This document shows positions 35,763 through 44,076 of a stretch of 64,000 nucleotides of DNA, piece by piece; position 1 is the first letter of the stretch, and each line of letters opens with the position of its first letter. Below the pieces are notes generated by a model, which saw only the letters and a list, made by a program, of their open reading frames with translations, was not told the DNA's origin and made no database searches. The stretch lies in contig CAVXVM010000106.1 in assembly GCA_963765025.1 (NCBI GenBank), positions 49,017 to 113,016 of the forward strand, given 5' to 3'. The position numbers and the translations under genes are program-made. This DNA comes from an uncultured Acidobacteriaceae bacterium (GTDB lineage Bacteria > Acidobacteriota > Terriglobia > Terriglobales > Acidobacteriaceae).

Positions 35763-38045
35763 ATGGGAAACAGTGCGACCGTGCTCGAGCAATCGCCTCT
35801 CCGGCAGGACTATAGCCTGACCGGCGTCAACTCGGAGCTCGCCATCCAGAAAGGTCTTGCCGAAGCAGACTGGTATCAGTGCGCTGTGCCACGCGAAACG
35901 ATGCGCCAGTTGCTGGTTCGGCGCGATGGACCCGCAATCCGCGACACCGTGATCTGGTTTGCACTCATCATCGGCGCTGGACTTGCAACCTGGAAGCTGT
36001 GGGGCTCCTGGTGGGCGCTGCTTCCCTATGCGATTTACTGCGTGCTTTATGCCTCCACCTCCGATTCGCGCTGGCACGAGAGCAGCCACGGAACTGCATT
36101 CAAGACGGACTGGATGAATAATGCTCTTTACGAGATCGCTTCGTTCATGGTCATGCGCGAGTCGACCGTCTGGCGGTGGAGTCATAACCGCCATCACAGC
36201 GACACCATCATCGTTGGCCGAGACCCTGAAATCGCCGTGCCACGGCCACCGGATTTGAAGGCAATCGTTCTGACGTTCCTCGGTGTGCGCGCTTATCCAA
36301 ATTACTTCCCGGCCGTCTTGAGGCACTGCCTGGGCCGAATGTCCGCAGCCGAAAAGACCTTCATCCCCGAAACAGAATTCCCCAAGGTCTATCTGAGAGC
36401 GCGTATCTATTTCCTCATCTATGCCTCGGCGATCGGCATTGCAATTTACGAACGCAGCATCTTCCCGGTCATGCTCGTGGGGCTTGCTAGTCTGTTTGGC
36501 TACTGGCTCATGCCCATCTACGGGATGACGCAACATGCAGGCCTGGCGGAGAACGTGCTCGACCACCGGCTCAACTGCCGAACGGTGTACATGAATCCGA
36601 TCAACCGTTTTTTCTACTGGAATATGAACTATCACGTCGAGCACCACATGTTCCCGCTGGTTCCCTATCATGCGTTGCCGCGACTGCATGCTGTGGTCAA
36701 GGAGGACTGCCCCACGCCCTACGCCAGTATCCCCGCCGCGTGGCGCGAGATTATTCCTGCCCTGCTCAGGCAAACGAAAGATCCGGCCTACCATGTCAAG
36801 CGACAGTTGCCACCGCCCAGGAGGCACATGCGCGAGGCATTCATCGTGTCGAAGGCCCAGACGGATGCCGAGGGCTGGATCGACATTTGCGCGGCAACAA
36901 GCCTTGGGCAGGGCGATGCACTGCGCTTCGACCATGGCAAGAAGTCCTACGCGCTTTATCGCGATGAAGCCGGCGGCTTATTCGCGACCGACGGATTCTG
37001 CACGCACGGTAATACGCATCTCGCAGACGGCCTTGTGAAAGGAAAGATGATCGAATGCCCCAAACACAACGGGCGCTTCAATTTGATTGACGGCTCACCG
37101 GCGCGCGCGCCTGTCTGCCGCGGCCTTGCGACCTATCCTGTCGAGGAGTGGAACGGACGAATTCATATCAACATCGTTCGCGCTGGAGGCGTGGGGGCAC
37201 GCGCACAAGAGGCATTCAAGTTTCGCGTGGTCAGCAACAGAAGCGTTGCCACGTTTATCAAGGAGCTTGTTCTTGAACCTGAAGACGGCACGAGGGCCAT
37301 TCCTTTCACGCCGGGAGATTATCTGCAATTCGACATTCCCACGTATGACTCGATTCGCTTTCGGGATTTCGATATCCCTGAGCCCTTTGCAACTGTGTGG
37401 AGGAATCAGCACATCTTTGATCTTGTGGCACGTAATCCGGAATCGGGTCGTCGCAACAACTACTCGCTGGCGAGTAACCCGCAAACCGAGCGCCAACTGC
37501 GCTTCAATGTGCGGATTGCCACGCCGCCTCCCGGACAGGACTGCGCGCCCGGCGCCGGTTCCAGCTACGTTTTTTCGCTCAAGCCGGGGGACATCGTTTC
37601 AGCCATCGGCCCGTTCGGTGATTTCCATATCAAGCCCACGCAGCATGAGATGGTTTATATCGGCGGAGGCGCCGGCATGGCTCCGCTGCGCGCGCATCTT
37701 GCCCACTTGCTTGAAAGCCAGGGGACCTCGCGCAAGATCAGCTACTGGTACGGAGCGCGCTCGCGACAGGAGATCTTTTACGAGGAGTATTTTCACCAAT
37801 TGTCCGCTGCTCACGGAAATTTTTCGTTTCACCTTGCGCTTTCTTCGCCGCTGGCTGAGGATGGTTGGACCGGACCGACCGGCCTCATTCACGAGGTCGT
37901 CCTGGAGCACTATTTACGCACGCACCCGGCTCCCGAGGCGGTCGAATACTACCTGTGCGGGCCACCCATGATGATCAAGTCGTGCACCAGGCTGCTCGCC
38001 GGGCTTGGCGTGCGCGAGCAACAGATCGCTTACGACGAATTCTAG
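35763..38045 (+). CDS. Three-domain fusion: membrane fatty-acid-desaturase-family di-iron oxygenase + Rieske [2Fe-2S] + FNR-type FAD/NAD(P)H reductase
   Basis: His boxes HESSHG, HNRHH and HVEHHMFPLVPYHALP with TM segments (about aa 1-340). Rieske CTHGNTH...CPKHNGRF (about aa 365-470). FNR motifs RNNYSLAS (RxYS), GGGAGMAPL, YYLCGPPMM (about aa 480-760). The RBS AAAGGGGA precedes ATG 35763. Confidence 0.85.
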   Translation: MGNSATVLEQSPLRQDYSLTGVNSELAIQKGLAEADWYQCAVPRETMRQLLVRRDGPAIRDTVIWFALIIGAGLATWKLWGSWWALLPYAIYCVLYASTSDSRWHESSHGTAFKTDWMNNALYEIASFMVMRESTVWRWSHNRHHSDTIIVGRDPEIAVPRPPDLKAIVLTFLGVRAYPNYFPAVLRHCLGRMSAAEKTFIPETEFPKVYLRARIYFLIYASAIGIAIYERSIFPVMLVGLASLFGYWLMPIYGMTQHAGLAENVLDHRLNCRTVYMNPINRFFYWNMNYHVEHHMFPLVPYHALPRLHAVVKEDCPTPYASIPAAWREIIPALLRQTKDPAYHVKRQLPPPRRHMREAFIVSKAQTDAEGWIDICAATSLGQGDALRFDHGKKSYALYRDEAGGLFATDGFCTHGNTHLADGLVKGKMIECPKHNGRFNLIDGSPARAPVCRGLATYPVEEWNGRIHINIVRAGGVGARAQEAFKFRVVSNRSVATFIKELVLEPEDGTRAIPFTPGDYLQFDIPTYDSIRFRDFDIPEPFATVWRNQHIFDLVARNPESGRRNNYSLASNPQTERQLRFNVRIATPPPGQDCAPGAGSSYVFSLKPGDIVSAIGPFGDFHIKPTQHEMVYIGGGAGMAPLRAHLAHLLESQGTSRKISYWYGARSRQEIFYEEYFHQLSAAHGNFSFHLALSSPLAEDGWTGPTGLIHEVVLEHYLRTHPAPEAVEYYLCGPPMMIKSCTRLLAGLGVREQQIAYDEF

Positions 38046-38055
38046 AAAGGCCGGA

Positions 38056-38982
38056 ATGAGATCCCCTACAGGTTTCCTAAATGACGGTTCAGCCGATGCC
38101 CCAAAGCTCCTTGTCTATTTGAACCTGGATAACCTCGTCGATTTGCGCGAAGATAGCTCATGGCCACATCTTGACGGCTTGGCCCGGTACCAGCGCCTGG
38201 TTGGGGATGGTTTTGAAGGCGTTCAACTCACGACGAATGACCCTCCGATCGTCCATGCACCCGTGCCACACTGCGGCCTGGACAGGATCAACTCACCGGC
38301 AGAGGCTGATGAAGTCGCAGCCGGACACGCGGAGCGTGGCGATCTCTGCATCACAGTTCACGCTGGATGGGGACTCGAAGACGATGACGCAACATTTCGG
38401 CTCGCGGAAGCGATACTTACCGCCTCCAGTAAACACAGATTACCCATCTTCATCGAGACGCATCGCGCCACGATCACCCAGGATTTGTGGCGCACTGTGC
38501 AGATCACGAAGAAGTTCCCGGAGGTTCGCTTCAACGGAGACTTCAGTCACTACTATTGCGGGCAGGAACTCGTGTATGGCGACTGGAAGAGCAAGCTTGC
38601 ATTCATGGAACCCATCTTCGATCGGGTTGGATTCTTGCATGGCAGAATCGCCAGCCCCGGCTGCATGCAAGTGTCCATCGATTCAGGCCTGACTTCCCGG
38701 CCACTGCAAGCCCACGGCGATATCAATTATCTTGACCATTTCAAAGAGTTGTGGACGCGCGCCATGCTGGGATTTCTCCGCAGTGCTCATCGAGGAGATG
38801 TCCTCATCTTCGCACCCGAACTGCTCTCGGGAAGGCATTATTACGCTCGCATGTTTCCCAATGCCTCTGGTCAACTTGCGGAGGAAAGCGACCGCTACGC
38901 TCAAGCTCTGCTGTACAAGGACCTGGCCCGCGCCTGCTTTGCTGAGGCCCTGGAGCAAGCATCAAGGAGTGTGGCTAAGTGA
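38056..38982 (+). CDS. Xylose-isomerase-like TIM-barrel protein (sugar phosphate isomerase/epimerase family), tentative
   Basis: The pattern ITVHAGWG / IFIETHRATI / FNGDFSHYY / GFLHGRIA / IFAPEL resembles the AP_endonuc_2 fold. ATG 38056 lies 8 nt after the upstream stop. Confidence 0.5.
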   Translation: MRSPTGFLNDGSADAPKLLVYLNLDNLVDLREDSSWPHLDGLARYQRLVGDGFEGVQLTTNDPPIVHAPVPHCGLDRINSPAEADEVAAGHAERGDLCITVHAGWGLEDDDATFRLAEAILTASSKHRLPIFIETHRATITQDLWRTVQITKKFPEVRFNGDFSHYYCGQELVYGDWKSKLAFMEPIFDRVGFLHGRIASPGCMQVSIDSGLTSRPLQAHGDINYLDHFKELWTRAMLGFLRSAHRGDVLIFAPELLSGRHYYARMFPNASGQLAEESDRYAQALLYKDLARACFAEALEQASRSVAK

Positions 38983-40343
38983 AACCGCCGATCAATTTGC
39001 GCTATGTCATTTTCTTAGGCAGTACCGCTGCACTGGGAGGCCTGCTCTTCGGATTCGACATCGCAATCATCACCGGTGCTGGTCCATTTATCACCCGTGA
39101 ATTCGCATTGAGCGATATCGGCCTCGGCTGGGCTTTCAGTTCATTGCTGTTTGGATGCGTACTGGGTTGTTTCATCGCAGGAAGGCTCACAGACAGGTAT
39201 GGACGCAAGAAGCTGCTCCTGGTTGTCGCGGCGCTGTTTGCCCTGACATCCATTGCCACCGCCCTGGCGCCTGGCTTTACAGCGTTTGTTACTGCGCGAT
39301 TTCTGGGAGGCCTGGCGGTCGGCGGCGTCTCTCTCCTATCTCCCATGTATGTGTCGGAGGTTTCTCCTCCGACCATCCGCGGCCGCATGGGCACTCTGTA
39401 CCAGATGTCGATCATCACCGGCATCATCGTGTCCTACGGCATCAACTACCTGCTGCGAAATACCGGGCCGAATAATTGGCGATGGATGTTTCTAACCGGA
39501 GTTGTGCCATCGGCGGTGTTTTTGATCTTCATCGCGCTCGCTCCCGAAACGCCGCGCTTTCTCGCACTGACTGGAAAACTGCAAGAGGCGTTTGCCTTGC
39601 TTGAACGCATCGGCGGAGCCGAGAGTGCGCGCACGCAAATATCCGAGATCGCCGCCACCATTCACACGGAACCGCAGACTTGGTACGCGCTCATGCGGCC
39701 AGGTGTTCGCCGCGCACTATCGGTCAGTGCGGGTCTTGCAATCCTTATTCACATCTCGGGAATCAACACCATCGTCGACTATGCCCCAGCGATTTTTCAG
39801 TCGGCCGGATGGAAAGTGGATGGCGCTTTAGCGTCAACATTCATCGTTGGCCTGACTGAGTTTCTCTTTACAATCGTCTCTTTCTGGGTTATCGATAGGT
39901 ATGGACGCAAGCCGCTCTATATTGTTGGCTCGCTCGGCATGGCGTTCTCATTACTTCTGCTTACCGCGACAGTGATGGCCGGCCGTTTCCACGGAACCCT
40001 GGTTCTGGTCCTGATTTTGACCTACCTGGCGTTCTTCGCGTCCTGCATAGGGCCGGTATTTTGGACGCTCGTTCCGGAGATATTCCCGAACGACGTGCGC
40101 GGGATGGCAATGACGGTTCCGGTGCTGATCCAGTGGGTTGCCAATGCGATCGTCGTGCTTCTCTTTCCTTATGCGTTCCATGTGATTGGCAAAACGTTTA
40201 CCTTCAGCTTTCTCGCGGCGATGGCGCTCGGCCAGGGGATCTTTGCATGGTCTTTCGTACCAGAAACGAAGAACAAGCGCCTGGAGGAGATCGAAGAATA
40301 CTGGACCAATCCCAGAAAAGCCCCATCCAGTATTCGGCTCTGA
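38979..40343 (+). CDS. MFS sugar porter family transporter
   Basis: 12 TM segments. GRLTDRYGRKKLL, PETPRFL, IDRYGRKPL and PETKNKRLEEIE signatures. The GTG start overlaps the upstream stop. Confidence 0.9.
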   Translation: MKPPINLRYVIFLGSTAALGGLLFGFDIAIITGAGPFITREFALSDIGLGWAFSSLLFGCVLGCFIAGRLTDRYGRKKLLLVVAALFALTSIATALAPGFTAFVTARFLGGLAVGGVSLLSPMYVSEVSPPTIRGRMGTLYQMSIITGIIVSYGINYLLRNTGPNNWRWMFLTGVVPSAVFLIFIALAPETPRFLALTGKLQEAFALLERIGGAESARTQISEIAATIHTEPQTWYALMRPGVRRALSVSAGLAILIHISGINTIVDYAPAIFQSAGWKVDGALASTFIVGLTEFLFTIVSFWVIDRYGRKPLYIVGSLGMAFSLLLLTATVMAGRFHGTLVLVLILTYLAFFASCIGPVFWTLVPEIFPNDVRGMAMTVPVLIQWVANAIVVLLFPYAFHVIGKTFTFSFLAAMALGQGIFAWSFVPETKNKRLEEIEEYWTNPRKAPSSIRL

Positions 40344-40410
40344 ATGAAACGCGCGCGATCTAAAAGGCCAGCCGTATTCAAACGCAGGCTTCACATCTTG
40401 CTGCGATCTC

Positions 40411-41697
40411 TCACCTTGCTCCATTAAATTCATGCACGGCATCGAGCATGGCGACAATATTCTCAACCGGCGTTGCTGCCTGCACGTTGTGAACGGTATT
40501 GAACACGAATCCTCCATTCATTGAGAAAACCTCGCACCTTTGCATCACCTGTTCTCTCACTTCAGCGGGTGTTCCGAATGGGAGAACTCTTTGCGTGTCG
40601 ACTCCCCCTCCCCAGAAGACGAGGCGATCTCCGAACTCGGATTTCAATTGCCTGGGGTCCATTCCTGTCGCGGAACACTGCACCGGATTGAGAATGTCGA
40701 ACCCAGCCTCGACGAGAGATGGAAGAAACTTGAAGATTGCACCGCAGGAATGTTTGAAGGTCTTCCATTGCGTGTGCTTGTGAACCCAATCATTGACTTG
40801 TTTGTAGTAGGGAAAGTACAAATCATTGAAGGTTTTTACAGAGCAGAAGGCGGACGTCTGAGTTCCGAAATCCGTGCCGCAGATGAAGGCCGCTTGTATG
40901 CTGTTGCCGATTGCCGCGTGAATTTTTTCAAGATTCAGGATGGCTGTCTCGCATTGGCGTTCAAATACCTTATGGATATAATCCTGCCTGCTCCTGGTGG
41001 AGACGTACCACTCAGCGACGTCGCGAATGCCCCTGGGGTGCTTGAGCGAAGGGCCCGGCACCAATGCGATATCGCCGAATGCAGTGCCGCCAAAGGTGGC
41101 GATCACTCCACGGCCCGTCAGGGCGGCCGCATGCGTGGCTCGAACAATATGGTCGAGGTCGGCCTGCGAGATCAGGCCATACTCCTCCAGATTATCCTCG
41201 GGATTTAGTCTTTCTTCGTCGATTGGGTCCTGGCGGACGATGCAGTCGAAGAAATGGCCGCCACTTGGCATGCGCCCGCTCGGAGCAACCGTAGTGTCGC
41301 CTTCCGGGTAGATCAGAGTGCCGCCGTCAGAGTCCATCGAGGTGTTGAAGTCCCTTGCGACCTGCACGTCGAGTCCGTTCAATCTCCACGGTTTCCATTC
41401 ATCCGCAGGAAATCCAAACATGGTATTGCGCGCGAAGACGCCGACCACATCAAGCCGCATCGCCTCGATCAGATCTTCATCCAAGAGCCCCAGCATCTGG
41501 AATGGCTCGTGGACCCGCACGGGGCGCTTTTCAAGTCCGTAATAGTCACGCAGCGCAGCCACGCAGCTCACATGCATTCCAGTCGTTGGCGTTCCTCCGA
41601 AGTCAATTGGAATTCGGTCGGGCTGCGTGTGGTTGAGAGTTGCGATGATCCGCTCAAGGCTTCCTGTCTTCTCGATCGTGGCAGTCATTGTATTCAC
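40411..41697 (-). CDS. URO-D-family methyltransferase (MtaA/MT2-like)
   Basis: 428 aa. N-terminal PDRIPIDFGG and a HSCG...VQC arrangement resembling the MtaA Zn site (HxC...C). It is the last gene of the corrinoid operon. Confidence 0.75.
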   Translation of the reverse strand: MNTMTATIEKTGSLERIIATLNHTQPDRIPIDFGGTPTTGMHVSCVAALRDYYGLEKRPVRVHEPFQMLGLLDEDLIEAMRLDVVGVFARNTMFGFPADEWKPWRLNGLDVQVARDFNTSMDSDGGTLIYPEGDTTVAPSGRMPSGGHFFDCIVRQDPIDEERLNPEDNLEEYGLISQADLDHIVRATHAAALTGRGVIATFGGTAFGDIALVPGPSLKHPRGIRDVAEWYVSTRSRQDYIHKVFERQCETAILNLEKIHAAIGNSIQAAFICGTDFGTQTSAFCSVKTFNDLYFPYYKQVNDWVHKHTQWKTFKHSCGAIFKFLPSLVEAGFDILNPVQCSATGMDPRQLKSEFGDRLVFWGGGVDTQRVLPFGTPAEVREQVMQRCEVFSMNGGFVFNTVHNVQAATPVENIVAMLDAVHEFNGAR

Positions 41698-41730
41698 TCC
41701 TTGCTCTTATCTTTTTCCTGACGCGTATCG

Positions 41731-43278
41731 TTACCGCTCGCGTGTGTCTGCAATTTTCGAGTTGTTGTATGTCTCCGCCTCTTGGCTATGGTCATCCGCC
41801 GCGGGAAACCTCATGCAGTTCGCGAACTCGTCCTGGAAATCAATGTCGGTGGCGAGGCTCACGTGCTCGATCGGAGGCAGCGCGCTTTCCCTGGAGGCGA
41901 CCAGGAGCATTTTTGCCCCTCGGAGCGCAGTGTTGCCGGCCGCGTAAACCCGTTCGCGGTGCGCCTCGAGCAAGCCGATACGGAGTGCGCTTTCAATTTG
42001 CACATAGTTGCCAAAGGCGCCCGCGAGATGGATGCTCTTGAGATCGCCGGCAGTCGCGCCGAGGCGTTTGAGAAGCAGCTTGAATCCCGAGGCGATCGCG
42101 CCCTTTGCCAGTTGCAACTCGCGAACGTCGGCCTGACAAAGGACGACGGGGTGGGCAATGGGAAAGAATTTTGTGCCGTTGGCGATCCGTCCCGAAGGAA
42201 GAATAGCCCCTGTGCGAAGGCCGACAGCGATGGCGTCAACAAGTCCGCTGCCGCAGATGCCGCGTGGCTCGACGTCGCCAACGACATCTGCATGGATCTC
42301 TTCGCCGCAAAGCGACACGTGAGAAATGGCTCCAGTGGCCGCGCGCGTGCCCATCCGAATGCAGCCAGCTTCAAAGGCGGGCCCCGCTGCGGCAGAGGCG
42401 CAAACGATGCCGAAGCGGTTGCCGATAGCGATTTCGCCGTTGGTTCCAAGGTCGACCAAGGCCATGAGATGGTCACTTTGTGCAATGCCGGTAGCGAGGA
42501 TTCCGGCAAGGATGTCAGAGCCAACAAACCCTCCCAGACAGGGTGCGAAGCGAATTGTGCAGGTTGCCGGCAGATGCCAGCCTAGATCTTGCGGGCGGAA
42601 TGTCTGACCTACGAGATTCGGTGAGGCGAAGGGGGCATGCGAGAGCGGTTCAACGTCGCAGCCGGAGAACAGATGATGCATTACGGTGTTGCCAACGAGG
42701 ATGACCTCGGCAACTTCCGGCTCGCGGCCGCGGGCCAGGCGCGTGATGAGCTGGCCGAGGAGTACGCGAAGCATGGTCGTCAGATCATTGCCCTGGAGCG
42801 CGGCGCGAATTCTGCTCATGACGTCGGAGCCGAATGAGGCCTGGGGATTGAGCTCAGTTTCTACGGCTAGAACTTTGCCGGTAGCGAGGTCGAGGATTTG
42901 CGCGGCAATGGTCGTGGTGCCGAGATCGATTGCGATGCCGAGGCCGTGTTTTCCGGAACCGATGAGGCAAGCATCGTCGGTGAGGACATCCATGCGCCAC
43001 TGGCAGCACTCAAGGACCAGAGGCATGAGGGCGCGCGCCTGACAGGCGAGACGCCAGCCAAGGGCAAGCTGCTCGGGCAGGAAGGCCGTGCGGTCTGGGT
43101 CGGTGACAGGAAGGGAGCCGGAAAGGACGCGAACTGCGCACCCTCCACAGGTTCCGGTGCCTCCACAGGGAAATTCGATGCCTTGGCCTGAGAGTGCCTT
43201 GATGAGCTGCGTGCCGACAGGCGTTTCGATTTCCAACGCGAGCGGCTCCAGGCGAATGCGGACTTGATCCCTGCTCAT
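41731..43278 (-). CDS. Reductive activator of corrinoid proteins (RACo-type: 2Fe-2S ferredoxin + ASKHA ATPase / DUF4445)
   Basis: FPCGGTGTCGGCAV...LACQ ferredoxin motif, then GIAIDLGTTTIAAQ ASKHA phosphate-1 motif. ATG 43278 overlaps the upstream stop (ATGA). The ORF is open to 43359. Confidence 0.8.
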   Translation of the reverse strand: MSRDQVRIRLEPLALEIETPVGTQLIKALSGQGIEFPCGGTGTCGGCAVRVLSGSLPVTDPDRTAFLPEQLALGWRLACQARALMPLVLECCQWRMDVLTDDACLIGSGKHGLGIAIDLGTTTIAAQILDLATGKVLAVETELNPQASFGSDVMSRIRAALQGNDLTTMLRVLLGQLITRLARGREPEVAEVILVGNTVMHHLFSGCDVEPLSHAPFASPNLVGQTFRPQDLGWHLPATCTIRFAPCLGGFVGSDILAGILATGIAQSDHLMALVDLGTNGEIAIGNRFGIVCASAAAGPAFEAGCIRMGTRAATGAISHVSLCGEEIHADVVGDVEPRGICGSGLVDAIAVGLRTGAILPSGRIANGTKFFPIAHPVVLCQADVRELQLAKGAIASGFKLLLKRLGATAGDLKSIHLAGAFGNYVQIESALRIGLLEAHRERVYAAGNTALRGAKMLLVASRESALPPIEHVSLATDIDFQDEFANCMRFPAADDHSQEAETYNNSKIADTRER

Positions 43279-44021
43279 ACTGTGTCCACGATGCTGTCGC
43301 CGAGTGTTGCCCGGATGGTTTCGCCGGGCGCCACAACCAGGAAATGGGCCGCGTCCCATTCGTGGTCGACCAGGCGCTGGATCAGCTTAAGAGTGCCCTT
43401 GATTTCGTCGAAAGCCCAACCTTCCTTGCCGGCCTCGGCGCGTGCTTTGATGCGGCTGGGCTCGTCAGACGGAACGGCTGTGGAGATATAGGTGAGGCCT
43501 GAATAGTGACTGCGAAAGGCGTTGAATTGCTCGAATAAATAGGCGCCGTTTTCCTCGCCGTACTGGGCGGTCAACTCAGCGAGAGTGCGGCGCTCTCCAA
43601 GCGAAGTTTTTTGCGAGGTGAATGCAGGTTCGAGCATCATCCCTGGAGTCTGAAACTCAATCCATCCGGGCGAGCGATAGTAGACGCCAGGGTGATTTTG
43701 AAAGTAATCCTCATAGGTGGGATGGCCGCCCATGAGCAAGCCGATGCAATCGTGCACGCGGGGAAGAACCAGTGGCGTTTTTCCTGCGCGCAACCCTTCA
43801 GTGCCGCGGCCGCAGAGCGCGTAGCCGAGAAGGATCGCGTCGAAGCCGGCATTGTCGGCTGCGTCGATACGTTCTTGCAGGTGTGGGCGCATGCCTACGC
43901 CAAGATCGTGCAGGCCCATTGGCACGATCTCGATTTCGATCGAATGGGGTGAGCGGGAGACAACGCGCTCCATCTCGCGCGTGAAGACCTGACATGTGAT
44001 GGCTTTAAAGCGCATGTTCAT
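43275..44021 (-). CDS. DUF1638-domain protein
   Basis: 248 aa. The family is recalled from its usual position next to corrinoid methyltransferase genes (AITCQVFTREME..., LLGYALCGRG, VHDCI). Confidence 0.65.
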   Translation of the reverse strand: MNMRFKAITCQVFTREMERVVSRSPHSIEIEIVPMGLHDLGVGMRPHLQERIDAADNAGFDAILLGYALCGRGTEGLRAGKTPLVLPRVHDCIGLLMGGHPTYEDYFQNHPGVYYRSPGWIEFQTPGMMLEPAFTSQKTSLGERRTLAELTAQYGEENGAYLFEQFNAFRSHYSGLTYISTAVPSDEPSRIKARAEAGKEGWAFDEIKGTLKLIQRLVDHEWDAAHFLVVAPGETIRATLGDSIVDTV

Positions 44022-44076
44022 TCAACGTCTCCCCATCGGCGGTGCCGTCGGGGCATGGAAGACTGGCTCGCCACGC

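Noticed and set aside
35676-36935. 419-aa minus-strand ORF
   Set aside because: It is antisense to the desaturase domain, whose His boxes and TM pattern give strong coding evidence. Its Arg/His/Gly-rich composition is typical of GC-rich shadow frames.
37087-37971. 294-aa plus-strand ORF inside the FNR domain region. Similar alternative-frame ORFs occur at 41782..42585, 58237..59148, 20306..20971 and 20871..21539.
   Set aside because: They are out-of-frame or antisense overlaps with genes that have clear family signatures, and their composition is typical of GC-rich alternative frames.
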